This document shows positions 46,289 to 56,000 of a stretch of DNA of 64,000 nt, piece by piece. A program made the translations under genes and the position numbers. The notes under the pieces were generated by a model. The model was not told the origin of the DNA and did no database searches. It worked only from the letters and a program-made list of their open reading frames with translations. The DNA is taken from the NCBI GenBank assembly GCA_963700155.1, contig OY969472.1, positions 598,431 to 662,430 of the forward strand. The letters run 5' to 3'. The stretch is from an uncultured bacterium. GTDB taxonomy: Bacteria; Patescibacteriota; Dojkabacteria; J137. How positions within the stretch are numbered: position 1 is the first letter of the stretch; every line of letters starts with the position of its first letter.

Positions 46289-48882
46289 AAGTATTAACAG
46301 GTAAAAGACAACTTGCAACTTTTAAAAACTCATTAATCTATGTTGATTTTGATGAGCTCCTTAGATACAAAGGGGAGCGTTTATCAATTGTAAGAGCAGA
46401 GTACGGATTTGGTAGAATGTTTTTTTATGGTGGTTTATTCTTATTTTTCGGTTCTTTAATATTATTATTTCTTGCTGGTGAGTTGAAATTTAATGCTATC
46501 GTTCTGCCTATAGATATCTTGGAGTTAATGCCTAGTATTTCACTCCTCCCTATTACTTTTGGATTTTATTTATCAAGAAATAGAGATATTTTTGATCATA
46601 AAATAAAAGATAATTTGTCTGATGAAATAATCAGTAATTTTGCCTCACATGATGAAGTTACAAATAAAGAAATTGATATTTCTGTGCTAATGTCAATTAA
46701 ATTGAAGTCATTTATGGATTATGCATATTTTAATCATAATCAGGACTTTTTAATCGAAACTTTAAATTACGCGTTTTCCCAGAAGAGTAGCAATTTGTTC
46801 ATTGAAAAAAGGCTTGGATTAAATCTGGGAAGTTTGCGTGAAGCTTCAATTAAATATTTCTTAGATAAAAATACTTCATTTGATGCAATTTATTTTGATC
46901 TATTCATAAGACTTTTTGATGAAGCAGTGAAATTTGAGAGTGAAAAAATTGATGATGATATCTTATTCTTTACCTTACTTAAATATTATCTTGTAAATGT
47001 TTTATTAGATTTTGGAATAACAGAACTTGAACTAGAAGGGTTAAGACGTTGGTTTAAAAATGAAAATAAGAAAAACGAGTACTACAGAAGATGGCAGAGA
47101 TTATCTAAACTAAAACCTAAAGGAGCAATCAACAGTACTTATACTTCAAAGGCAACCCCAACTCTAGATCAGTATGGGATTGATTTTACAAATTCAATTT
47201 CAAATAGAAATTTTGTACTTACATTAGGAAAAGAGTATGAAATGGGTTTGATTTTAAATATGCTCCAGAGGGAGAATGGAACAGCGATTATGATTTTAGG
47301 AGAACCAGGGGTAGGGAAGACTCAATTTATTAAACATCTCGCAACAAGAATGGTTGTCGAAGATGTTCCAAAAACATTACAAGATTATAGATTAGTAGTT
47401 TTAGATTTAAACAAGATATTTACACAAACTTCAACAGTTGAAAATTTCAAAGTGTCAATTCAGAAAATGGTAGATGAGGTCAAAAACTCAGGAAATATTA
47501 TTATTTGCTTCGAAGAAATTAGTCAAATATTCAATATTAGGGATGAGGGGAAACTTGAAGTTATTAATCTTTTAACAAATTCTATCGATAATTCACATAT
47601 AAAAATCCTAGCAACTGCTACACCTGAAAATTACAAAGATTATATTCAACCGAATAAATCGTTTGCTTCAAAGTTCGAAAATATTACACTAAAAGAACCA
47701 GATCCTAATGTACTTTTACAAATTCTGCTTGATGAAATACCAAGGCTAGAATCTAAATATAGGGTTAGTATTCAAATTACCGCTATAAAAAGAATCGTTG
47801 AATTTGGATATAAGTTTGATTATGAACGTGCGATGCCTGATAAAGGAATAGATTTGCTTGAAGAAGCTATTGTTAATGCACAAGCAAAAGGTTTGAACTA
47901 TCTAGACTTAGATACAGTTGATGAACTATTTAAAAATAAAACAGGAGTTAATGTTGGAACAATAAGTGAAGCTGAATCCAGTAATTTGCAGAAACTTGAA
48001 AGTAAAATGCATGAAAGAGTAATAGGTCAGGATGATGCTATTCATGCTATAGCCTCAGCGATCAGAAGATCTAGATCGGGATTAAGTAATAAGAAAAGAC
48101 CGATTGCTTCATTCTTATTTTTTGGACCAACAGGTGTAGGAAAAACTGAAGTAGCCAAAACCTTGGCTGAAACTTATTATGGTGATGAAAATTTAATGAT
48201 CAGGATAGACATGTCTGAGTATCAAGAAGATAAAAATCTAGATAGATTGATAGGGTATACCGATGAGAAAGGAACTTTTAATGGGGGATATTTAACTGAG
48301 AAGGTAAAATCAAGACCATTTTCACTAATCCTTTTTGATGAAATAGAGAAGGCCAATAGAAAAGTTTTAGACTTGTTTTTACAAATTCTTGATGATGGTT
48401 TTGTAACTGATGGATTGGGAAGAAGAGTAGACTTTACAAATACAATAATAATAATGACTTCTAATGCTGGAACAAAAGAAATTACAGAGCTTTTGAATCA
48501 GGGGGTGAAATATCATGATATAGAAAGAAAAGTATTAAATATTTTAAGAGATAATTTTAAAATTGAATTTCTTAATAGATTTGATAAGTTGGTAATGTTT
48601 AAAAGCTTAAGTCAAAATGAGGTTAAAAAAATAGTTTCTTTGATGTTGAATCAGTTAAATGATAAATTAGGTGAACAAGGGATTTCAATTAGCTGGAACA
48701 AAGATACAGAAAAAGAAATTTCTCAGATAGGATATAGTGAAATTTATGGAGCTAGAGAGCTAAGAAGAGTTATACAGGAACAAATTGAAGATCAATTGGC
48801 AGATTTAATAATCACAGGAGATTTGAAGAGTGGTAAAACTGCTGTATTTGAAGGGGTAAAAGTGGTAAAAATTAATGATTAG
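46285..48882 (+). CDS. ClpA/ClpC-type double AAA+ unfoldase with an unusual ~330-aa N-terminal domain containing TM helices
   Basis: The probable start is the ATG at 46285 (MKVLTGKRQ...); the 46153 start lies in a region overlapping the previous ORF. D1 is 'ILGEPGVGKTQFIKHLATRMVVEDVPKTLQDYRLVVLDL' with 'MPDKGIDLLEEA'. D2 is 'FGPTGVGKTEVAKTLAE', 'SLILFDEIEKANRKVLDLFLQILDDGFVTDGLGRRVDFTNTIIIMTSN'. The linker is short (ClpA/C-like, not ClpB). The N-terminal TMs are 'RMFFYGGLFLFFGSLILLFLAG' and 'LMPSISLLPITFGFYL'. Confidence 0.75.
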   Translation: MKVLTGKRQLATFKNSLIYVDFDELLRYKGERLSIVRAEYGFGRMFFYGGLFLFFGSLILLFLAGELKFNAIVLPIDILELMPSISLLPITFGFYLSRNRDIFDHKIKDNLSDEIISNFASHDEVTNKEIDISVLMSIKLKSFMDYAYFNHNQDFLIETLNYAFSQKSSNLFIEKRLGLNLGSLREASIKYFLDKNTSFDAIYFDLFIRLFDEAVKFESEKIDDDILFFTLLKYYLVNVLLDFGITELELEGLRRWFKNENKKNEYYRRWQRLSKLKPKGAINSTYTSKATPTLDQYGIDFTNSISNRNFVLTLGKEYEMGLILNMLQRENGTAIMILGEPGVGKTQFIKHLATRMVVEDVPKTLQDYRLVVLDLNKIFTQTSTVENFKVSIQKMVDEVKNSGNIIICFEEISQIFNIRDEGKLEVINLLTNSIDNSHIKILATATPENYKDYIQPNKSFASKFENITLKEPDPNVLLQILLDEIPRLESKYRVSIQITAIKRIVEFGYKFDYERAMPDKGIDLLEEAIVNAQAKGLNYLDLDTVDELFKNKTGVNVGTISEAESSNLQKLESKMHERVIGQDDAIHAIASAIRRSRSGLSNKKRPIASFLFFGPTGVGKTEVAKTLAETYYGDENLMIRIDMSEYQEDKNLDRLIGYTDEKGTFNGGYLTEKVKSRPFSLILFDEIEKANRKVLDLFLQILDDGFVTDGLGRRVDFTNTIIIMTSNAGTKEITELLNQGVKYHDIERKVLNILRDNFKIEFLNRFDKLVMFKSLSQNEVKKIVSLMLNQLNDKLGEQGISISWNKDTEKEISQIGYSEIYGARELRRVIQEQIEDQLADLIITGDLKSGKTAVFEGVKVVKIND

Positions 48883-48908
48883 CAATTTTAGTTATTAAAA
48901 ATGCATAC

Positions 48909-49271
48909 GTGAAAAAATTAAAAGGAACAATATTAACTTTACTAGTTGTTTATATAGGTTATCCTGCAATTGTATTTGCACAAAATGTTGGGCAAGTAAC
49001 AATACCAAATCCCTCAGGTTATAATAGTCTTGAAGAATTGATTAATGCAGGATTAAGTTTATTGAGACCACTTTTTATAGTTACTTTTGCGGCAATGATT
49101 ATGTATGGAGCTTGGACTTGGTTAACTTCACAAGGAGATGCAGAAAAGATTGGAAGAGCTCGAAAAATAATCATTGCCGCAGTCATAGGTTTTGCAATTG
49201 CTGTATTGGCACCATCTATAGCCGGAATTGTTGCAAACTTTATTAAATTACAAGGATTTAATGGAATATAA
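48909..49271 (+). CDS. small secreted two-helix hairpin protein, paralogue 1 (VirB2/TrbC-like topology; candidate pilin)
   Basis: Signal peptide 'MKKLKGTILTLLVVYIGYPAIVFA', then 'FAAMIMYGAWTWLTSQGDAEKIGRARKIIIAAVIGFAIAVLAPSIAGIV'. This is a TM, a short charged loop, and a second TM. Confidence 0.45.
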   Translation: MKKLKGTILTLLVVYIGYPAIVFAQNVGQVTIPNPSGYNSLEELINAGLSLLRPLFIVTFAAMIMYGAWTWLTSQGDAEKIGRARKIIIAAVIGFAIAVLAPSIAGIVANFIKLQGFNGI

Positions 49272-50106
49272 ATTTAGTAATAAATTAAAAAGCTTTACAA
49301 TAATAATCTTTATAGGATTCATTTTTGTATTCGGATCGTTTATTTATACCCATAAAGCATATGCTTCAATAATATGTTCAGGTGATACAGGGCCTTGTTC
49401 TGGAATGGCTGTTGGAAGGGATGGATGTTATTCAGGTGGTATTCCTAGTGTTTGTGAACCAAAGGATTTTAATTCTGGACCTACAAATAGTGCTGTTAGT
49501 TGTCAATGCGTACAATCAAATCAAGATGTCTTACAACAAATTGATACATGGAACAATAAATATGCAACTTCGTCAGCATCATCTTGTGAAAATGGTATTC
49601 CTTCAGCTTGTACTGATAGTTATGTACCTGATTTTGCATGTATTAATAAGAAGATTATAGATCCTGGATATGCTTGCTGTGAAAATACATGCATAGATTC
49701 TTCAGGCAATCCAACTTCAGGAGTATCTGATCCAGGGTTAGAGAAATATAGAGAGTTTGGGATATTAGGATTAACAGTTAAAATAACTCCTGAAAGTATA
49801 CCATCACTTATTAATGTATTGTTATCTACTTTCTTGGGAATAATCGCTCTATATGCATTGTTTAGAGGAATTTATGTAGCGGCTATAAAAAGAACTCAAG
49901 CTACAGAAGAAAATCTTGAAGCTGTTAATAAGGAGCTGACAAATATAGTGATAGCATTTGTTATTGCTTTTGCATCAATCTTTATTATTCAGTTAGTATT
50001 TAATTTACTTGGACTAGGGTCTTTAAATAAATTTAATGTAAACTTTACGAATGAAGATACTAGCGGACCTGCTTTAGTTATAAATAGTAATGGCTCTCAA
50101 CAATAA
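49261..50106 (+). CDS. hairpin-protein paralogue 2 with an N-terminal Cys-rich (16 Cys) ectodomain
   Basis: The probable start is the ATG at 49261, overlapping the paralogue-1 stop. The ectodomain is 'CSGDTGPCSGM...CQCVQ...CENGIPSACTD...ACCENTCID'. The C-terminal hairpin is 'LSTFLGIIALYALFRGIYVAAIKRTQATEENLEAVNKELTNIVIAFVIAFASIFII'. Confidence 0.45.
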   Translation: MEYKFSNKLKSFTIIIFIGFIFVFGSFIYTHKAYASIICSGDTGPCSGMAVGRDGCYSGGIPSVCEPKDFNSGPTNSAVSCQCVQSNQDVLQQIDTWNNKYATSSASSCENGIPSACTDSYVPDFACINKKIIDPGYACCENTCIDSSGNPTSGVSDPGLEKYREFGILGLTVKITPESIPSLINVLLSTFLGIIALYALFRGIYVAAIKRTQATEENLEAVNKELTNIVIAFVIAFASIFIIQLVFNLLGLGSLNKFNVNFTNEDTSGPALVINSNGSQQ

Positions 50107-50123
50107 ATTAGTTTATTTATATT

Positions 50124-50663
50124 ATGAAAAAAAATATTTTAAAAATTTCAGGTTTTATTTTTCTTTTTGTGACATTAACCTTAAATTTGATAGTATATGC
50201 TGCTAATAATGATGCTAATTTAAATGTAGGTGATCTTAATCTACAGTCAATAAGAATTCCACTTTTCCTGCCATTTGATCCTAAATTCGGATCCTCTTTA
50301 ACAGTATTTTCATGGATAACTTATATTGGGATAATTGCTACTGGAGCTATAATTGTTTTCTGGATATATTTAATCATTAGAACTGCAGTAAAAGCAATGC
50401 AGAGTCATGGAGAAGCTGATGCATTGGCAGATGTAAGTAAAAGATTTAGATCAATTTTTATAGGAATGTTTATAACATTCCTTTTCCCAATAGTATTAAG
50501 TGTAATAGGTGTTTTATTAGGAGTAGGTACGATATTCGCTTGGCCAAAAATGTTTAGTCGTTGTGATAATCATAGCGGAAGTACAGGTTATGAGTACTAT
50601 TTTCAAGCGTATCTTGAGTTAGGTGGGGATGATGCTGATGTTCGTTGCGGTTATACAACTTAA
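50124..50663 (+). CDS. hairpin-protein paralogue 3
   Basis: Signal peptide, then 'IIATGAIIVFWIYLIIRTAVKAMQSHGEADALADVSKRFRSIFIGMFITFLFPIVLSV', then a Cys-containing tail. Confidence 0.45.
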   Translation: MKKNILKISGFIFLFVTLTLNLIVYAANNDANLNVGDLNLQSIRIPLFLPFDPKFGSSLTVFSWITYIGIIATGAIIVFWIYLIIRTAVKAMQSHGEADALADVSKRFRSIFIGMFITFLFPIVLSVIGVLLGVGTIFAWPKMFSRCDNHSGSTGYEYYFQAYLELGGDDADVRCGYTT

Positions 50664-50694
50664 ATAATAATTAATCCTTAAATATTAATATAAA

Positions 50695-51162
50695 TTGAAA
50701 AAACCTAAGAATTTAAAATCTAACCTAGCTAAAAGTTTACTCTATTTTTCTATAATTGGATTACTATTTCCAGTTATAGCTTACGCAGATGATAATACAG
50801 GAGGATTGTGCGGAATTCTTCCTTGTCAATTAGCATCTCCATGTCTTGGGACAAACTGTGGTGGTGATTCACTTTCGCTTGTTGGAACTTTATTAGAATT
50901 TGCTTTAAGTTTTATATTTGTCGGGATTTTAATTTTTGGAATATGGCTAATCCTTCAAGCTACCTTAAAGATAATTAGAAGTGAGGGGAATGAAGAGCAA
51001 GTTCAATCTGGGTACAAACTAATTAAAGGAGCTTATACTGGAATAGTATTAATATTTGTTGGAATAATTGGATTAGTTGTAGTTTTTGCATTATTTAATG
51101 CAACTGATATTTTTAAAGTAGGGACGGGAAATATACCAGAATTATCAGCACCAACTCAGTGA
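50695..51162 (+). CDS. hairpin-protein paralogue 4
   Basis: Signal peptide, a CGILPCQ...CLGTNCGG Cys knot, then 'FVGILIFGIWLILQATLKIIRSEGNEEQVQSGYKLIKGAYTGIVLIFVGIIGLVVV'. Confidence 0.45.
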   Translation: MKKPKNLKSNLAKSLLYFSIIGLLFPVIAYADDNTGGLCGILPCQLASPCLGTNCGGDSLSLVGTLLEFALSFIFVGILIFGIWLILQATLKIIRSEGNEEQVQSGYKLIKGAYTGIVLIFVGIIGLVVVFALFNATDIFKVGTGNIPELSAPTQ

Positions 51163-51242
51163 TTAAATTATAAAGTAATAACTTGATTTCATCTTTATAT
51201 TGTGTTTTAATGATGAAAATTAATATATGTTAGTTTAAAAAA

Positions 51243-51674
51243 ATGCCAGTATTATTAGCTCAAGCAGGAACAGCTCCATCAGGGAATTTAGTTTGTAAAG
51301 TGTTTCCTTTTCTACAGAATATAAAATTTGATTATATTCAACAACTTTGTGGAACTGGACAAGAAATTACATCTCAAACAGCTGTTCAACAAGGAGTTCT
51401 ATTAGTGCAAACATTAGTCAGTCTTATTTTTGTAGGAATAATAATAATTGCAGTTTATGTAATTATTAAAGCTGCAATCAAGTATATTAGAAGTGAAGGA
51501 AATGATGAAAAGATTCAAGAAGCTCAGAAAGCAATTAAGAGTGTATTTATTGGTTTAGTTGCTTTATTTGTAGGAATAATAGGTTTAGTATTAATACTTG
51601 TAATCTTCAATGCATTAGGTGCAGTAAATAGCGCTACAGTAAATGATACTGGAGATATTGTTCGGCCTACATAA
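51243..51674 (+). CDS. hairpin-protein paralogue 5
   Basis: 'FVGIIIIAVYVIIKAAIKYIRSEGNDEKIQEAQKAIKSVFIGLVALFVGIIGLVLI' is near-identical in pattern to paralogue 4; there is no obvious signal peptide at the listed start. Confidence 0.4.
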   Translation: MPVLLAQAGTAPSGNLVCKVFPFLQNIKFDYIQQLCGTGQEITSQTAVQQGVLLVQTLVSLIFVGIIIIAVYVIIKAAIKYIRSEGNDEKIQEAQKAIKSVFIGLVALFVGIIGLVLILVIFNALGAVNSATVNDTGDIVRPT

Positions 51675-51708
51675 TAAATACTTAAAAGTAGATTTTAAAA
51701 GGTAAGAA

Positions 51709-52488
51709 ATGCAGATGTTCTCAAAAAAGATTTTAATAACATCGCTTCTTACCTTTTTGTTTTTAAATTTCTTTCTTACATTTGTTTCAGCTCAAATTCA
51801 AACGACTCCTTTTTCAGGAAATGATGCTTCCAGCTATCAATGTATTGGGAAAAACGGACAAATTGAGCCTAATGCAAAAGTTCAAAAAGATTCAGTAACT
51901 AATAATTTTGTTTGTTATAACGCAGATGGAAGTATTATAGATAGAGATGGAAATGGCAAACCGGATCAAGCAATATTAAAACCTGTTGCCCTTGAACAAA
52001 TTCAAATTTGGTTTGTAAGAATAATTTATGTTATTTGGGCATTGGTTGGAACTTATTCATTCTTATTATTGGTATATTTAGGCTATCAATATATGCTTAG
52101 AGGAGGGACCTCAGATGAAGAATTAGTTAAACTACGAAAAAGAATAATCTACTATGTAATAGGATTTGCATTGGTATTTTTAGCAATTCCAATTCTTTCA
52201 ACTGTTTTTAGGCTTTTAAATATTAATACTGCAGTAGATTGTTATAATGTTAATATCCCAACTTTTCAGTTTTTCTTTGCAACACTTTGTACAGATCCAA
52301 ATGAAATTATTGTAGGTGAGCCATGTAACGTAGAAAACTGGCAAAGCGGAGCTGCTGTAGGGTTAGCATGTCCTACTAATGGTGAGGCGCATGGGTGTCC
52401 TACAGATTCATTACCTTTGATTTGTTATTACTGTAGCGGGAACATATGGAATAAAGGGACAATTTTCAACTCGCAATGTAGGCAATAA
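51709..52488 (+). CDS. hairpin-protein paralogue 6 with a C-terminal Cys-rich domain
   Basis: Signal peptide 'MQMFSKKILITSLLTFLFLNFFLTFVSA'. The hairpin is 'VIWALVGTYSFLLLVYLGYQYMLRGGTSDEELVKLRKRIIYYVIGFALVFLAIPIL'. The Cys-rich tail is 'CYNVN...CTDPN...CNVEN...CPTNGEAHGCPTDSLPLICYYCSG'. Confidence 0.45.
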   Translation: MQMFSKKILITSLLTFLFLNFFLTFVSAQIQTTPFSGNDASSYQCIGKNGQIEPNAKVQKDSVTNNFVCYNADGSIIDRDGNGKPDQAILKPVALEQIQIWFVRIIYVIWALVGTYSFLLLVYLGYQYMLRGGTSDEELVKLRKRIIYYVIGFALVFLAIPILSTVFRLLNINTAVDCYNVNIPTFQFFFATLCTDPNEIIVGEPCNVENWQSGAAVGLACPTNGEAHGCPTDSLPLICYYCSGNIWNKGTIFNSQCRQ

Positions 52489-52566
52489 TTATATCCTAAG
52501 TGTTGTAACAAAATGTCAAACTTTCGTAATTTCTTTTTTTCATATACAATGTGTTAGTTAACTACT

Positions 52567-54141
52567 TTGCTTAACTTTAAAACTATGGCTTTAAAAATTT
52601 TATCAATCGAAATAAAAGATTCTAGGGTAAACTTTCAGAAGAAATATGAATTTGCCGAAGAATTATTTGTAAGACAAAGTGAAGCGGTTTTAATTCTTCA
52701 AAATATTTTGAACTTTATTTCAATACCGAATAGAAATCTGATCGAAGCTACAACCGAAGTTCAGATCGATTCTGATTTAATTAAGATTTATAAATCATAT
52801 TCTACAAACTCTGTTAAATATTTTATTAACAATAAGGAAGAAAATATAGACATATATAAGTGGCTGTCAGAGAAACTGAAATTGACAATAGATCCACCAT
52901 CATGGGGAAGCAGGTTTATTGATTTAAAAAATGAGAATGTTCAAAATATTGATGATTTGAATAAGCTGTTCAGAAATAAAGATGCGATTTTGCAGCCTTC
53001 TTCTGAACTCCTTCAGAAGAAGGCTGCTTTGACAGCTCAATTTGAGAAGTTAAGATTGGAATCGATTAAGGGATTAACTCAAGAACAAGTTCAAAAAAGC
53101 GATAGGTTGCGTGAAGTTAAATTACGAATAGATAGTATTCAAAAAGAAGTTGATGCTTATCAATCAGAAAAAACTGGGAAAGAAGATTTAGATTCAAATA
53201 TTAGAAATAAAGAGCAGGAACTAAGTACGATAAATGAAAAATTACAATCAGTAGAATCATTAAAGATCTCCAAGCAAAAAGCTGTTCAAGAGCTTCAAAA
53301 ATACAATTCTGTTTCAAATGTACAAAATTCTTCTGATTTAAAAAACGAAAAGATACAAAAACTTGAACAATCGCTGTACGGAGCCTTTACTAAACCAGTC
53401 CACAAAAGCATATCTGATGATGAGGCAGATGAATCTAAATTAAATTTGAAAAAAGTGCTCCTTATCATTCAAATCCCATTTACCTTAACTGTATTAATTA
53501 TTTTTTATCTATTAGTAAAACAAGAGTTAATTCTTTTAATAGGTTTTCTTTTGATAGTTTTAGAATTTGCTTATACTATTTTTGAATTCCAGAAAAAGCC
53601 TAAAGAGGACTTAAATCTTTTACAGCCGGAATCTCCACAACAGAATCAACAAGATGATATATCAGTTAACCTTAACCAAGATCAGATATTAATAAAACAA
53701 GCTTGGAGAGGAGCATATGAACAAGAATTGAACAGAATTGATCAATTAATTTCATCTAATCTAGATGGTAAAAGTTATGAGGATATGCAAAGTGAAAAAT
53801 CTAAGATAGATAATGAAATCGCACAGTTAAAAAAACAACAGGAAGATTTAGAAAAAAATAGTTTGGATTCTGAGAGTTACTATAAAAAGAGAAGAGAGTT
53901 AGATATTTTAAAAATTGAAAAAGAGAATCTTGAATTTGGGTCAAATATACAAATACCAAATGAAGATCAGCTAAATAATTTGAGTCTTCAGCTAGATCAA
54001 ATAGATGAAGATATTGATTCGATTGAAGATATAAGAAGCTCTTTGCCTTTTATAATAATTAATATAAAAGATTCAATAAAAGAAATGCTAAAGAATTTAT
54101 CTTTAAGAAGGCAGATTATTTTAATTAGTAGCAGGAAATGA
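52567..54141 (+). CDS. coiled-coil protein with a central TM hairpin (524 aa)
   Basis: Long heptad-rich Q/E/K regions on both sides of 'VLLIIQIPFTLTVLIIFYLLVKQELILLIGFLLIVLEFAYTIF'. The N-terminus 'MALKILSIEIKDSRVNF' resembles an SMC/SbcC head but has no P-loop. Confidence 0.4.
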   Translation: MLNFKTMALKILSIEIKDSRVNFQKKYEFAEELFVRQSEAVLILQNILNFISIPNRNLIEATTEVQIDSDLIKIYKSYSTNSVKYFINNKEENIDIYKWLSEKLKLTIDPPSWGSRFIDLKNENVQNIDDLNKLFRNKDAILQPSSELLQKKAALTAQFEKLRLESIKGLTQEQVQKSDRLREVKLRIDSIQKEVDAYQSEKTGKEDLDSNIRNKEQELSTINEKLQSVESLKISKQKAVQELQKYNSVSNVQNSSDLKNEKIQKLEQSLYGAFTKPVHKSISDDEADESKLNLKKVLLIIQIPFTLTVLIIFYLLVKQELILLIGFLLIVLEFAYTIFEFQKKPKEDLNLLQPESPQQNQQDDISVNLNQDQILIKQAWRGAYEQELNRIDQLISSNLDGKSYEDMQSEKSKIDNEIAQLKKQQEDLEKNSLDSESYYKKRRELDILKIEKENLEFGSNIQIPNEDQLNNLSLQLDQIDEDIDSIEDIRSSLPFIIINIKDSIKEMLKNLSLRRQIILISSRK

Positions 54142-55913
54142 AAGAAAGATTAAGAGTTGCGGCTATAATAACTTTAATAATCTTTACACTAACTAGCAGT
54201 GTAGTTTTTGCCAGATCTTCTTCAGATATCCAAAAAGATATAGATAAACAACAGCAGGAGCTTCAACAAACAGAAGATGATTTGAATGCTGCCAAAAATA
54301 ACCTTGATTATTATAATGGTGCTTTATCACAGGCGAGTGGAGGAGTTCCGCAGCTTGAGGCTCAAATAAAACAGATAGAGGCACAGATTGAATATAATCA
54401 AAAACAGTTGGATTTATTAAAGCAGAGCAAAGATTTAAAAGAGCTTGAGAAGGCACAAAAGGAAGCTGAAAGACAGGAATCCTTAAAAAGTAATTATATG
54501 ACTTGGAGATCAAGGTCAATTGGATTTGTGCAGTTTTTGAATGATGAATATGATTTCAAAAAGAATGAACAGTACAGCGATTTGATTTTAAATCGTCAGC
54601 AAAATAATATTATGGGATTGAACTCAGAGCTTACTGTAATCAATGCTGATATAGACCAGTATGCAACAAAAAAGGCGGACTTAGAGAAGTCAAATACAGA
54701 TTTGCAAAAACAAAAACAAGATCTAGAAAATCAAATCGCGTACTATAACTCTCAAATTAACTATAACAGCAGCAGCATTAGTAATTTAGAAAATAATATT
54801 AACAGTATTCAAAAAACTATCTCGCTTTTATCTGGTGAACAAAAAGATGCTTATCTTAAAGAGGCTGAACTTGCCCAACAGGCAGGTAATGGGGGCCAAA
54901 GTATTGGAGGGTGCGTAACTTCAGATGATGGAAATAATGATAATAATATTCAATTTTGCGGAGTTGGAAATGATTTTGTTCAAGGACATGGTGTGGGTAT
55001 GAGCCAGTGGGGAGCAAATGGGATGGCCTTAAAAGGCTTTAGTGCTAATGAGATAACGCAGTTTTATTATACTGGAGTTCAAGTTGCTACTGGATATCAG
55101 AATAGAACTGTTAATGTGGAAGGGTATGGAACAATAAATGTTGAAGATTATGTTGCAGGACAAGGAGAGGTGCCGGGAAGAGCATGCGGAACGCAACAGC
55201 AAGCAAATCAAAATCCAAGCAAGTATGTTGTAGATAATCCGAACTCTTCTTGGGATTGTTGGCCAGAAGAGGCAATTAAAGCTCAGGCAATTGCATTTAG
55301 AACTTATGGACTTTATTATGCTGGCTTCTTGCATGCAGATGCAAGAAGCCAGGTCTACAACGGTTCCCATTATTCACAATGGGCTGCTGATGAGACTAAA
55401 GGTAAAGTCTTAACTTCTGGTGGTCAAATAATTGAAGCTTTGTATTCTGCAGATAATAATCAAGGCTTCGGAACTGCTAATAATGAAACTATATTTCAAG
55501 ATTTTGCTGGAAATGGTACAGCTATATCATATCTTAGATCAGTTAATGATAATGCTATGGCTACTTATACTAGTTACACCAATTGGGGGTATAGAAGTAA
55601 TACTTATACAATGAATGATATTTATAATATGATGAATTGGACCATTTCAAATGATGGAGGAGGCTTTGCCAGTTTTTTGCAAGGTATAAAAAATCAACTT
55701 GGGGCAAAGCCTACAAAGATTTCATTTATAAGAGATCCTTCACTTAGAGTAGCAAAGGTAAAGCTTCAAACTCAGAGTGGTAACTCAGCAATAATAGGTG
55801 CGTGGTGGTTTACGTATATGTACAATGTTTATAATAGCAGTCATAATGTGAAGACTCCTGAAGGTAATAAGGACTGGCTTTGGAGTCAGACATTCTTCGT
55901 GCATGTAAAGTAG
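54138..55913 (+). CDS. secreted coiled-coil protein with a C-terminal SpoIID/LytB-type peptidoglycan-hydrolase domain
   Basis: Signal/TM 'VAAIITLIIFTLTSSVVFA', ~230 aa of coiled coil, then 'FCGVGNDFVQGHGVGMSQWGANGMALKGFSANEI...QAIAFRTYGLYY' (SpoIID hallmark HGVGMSQ-GA). Overlaps the upstream gene by 4 nt. Confidence 0.6.
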   Translation: MKERLRVAAIITLIIFTLTSSVVFARSSSDIQKDIDKQQQELQQTEDDLNAAKNNLDYYNGALSQASGGVPQLEAQIKQIEAQIEYNQKQLDLLKQSKDLKELEKAQKEAERQESLKSNYMTWRSRSIGFVQFLNDEYDFKKNEQYSDLILNRQQNNIMGLNSELTVINADIDQYATKKADLEKSNTDLQKQKQDLENQIAYYNSQINYNSSSISNLENNINSIQKTISLLSGEQKDAYLKEAELAQQAGNGGQSIGGCVTSDDGNNDNNIQFCGVGNDFVQGHGVGMSQWGANGMALKGFSANEITQFYYTGVQVATGYQNRTVNVEGYGTINVEDYVAGQGEVPGRACGTQQQANQNPSKYVVDNPNSSWDCWPEEAIKAQAIAFRTYGLYYAGFLHADARSQVYNGSHYSQWAADETKGKVLTSGGQIIEALYSADNNQGFGTANNETIFQDFAGNGTAISYLRSVNDNAMATYTSYTNWGYRSNTYTMNDIYNMMNWTISNDGGGFASFLQGIKNQLGAKPTKISFIRDPSLRVAKVKLQTQSGNSAIIGAWWFTYMYNVYNSSHNVKTPEGNKDWLWSQTFFVHVK

Positions 55914-55971
55914 AAGGAATATTATTTTACTTCCCAAATACCCAGTAGAGTGGAGTTTCTTTAAATAGAGT

Positions 55972-56000
55972 CTAGAATCAACAATTCTAGTATTTAATTT
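55972..56000 (+). terminator. candidate rho-independent terminator after the SpoIID-domain gene
   Basis: CTAGAAT-CAACA-ATTCTAG followed by TATTTAATTT. Confidence 0.35.
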
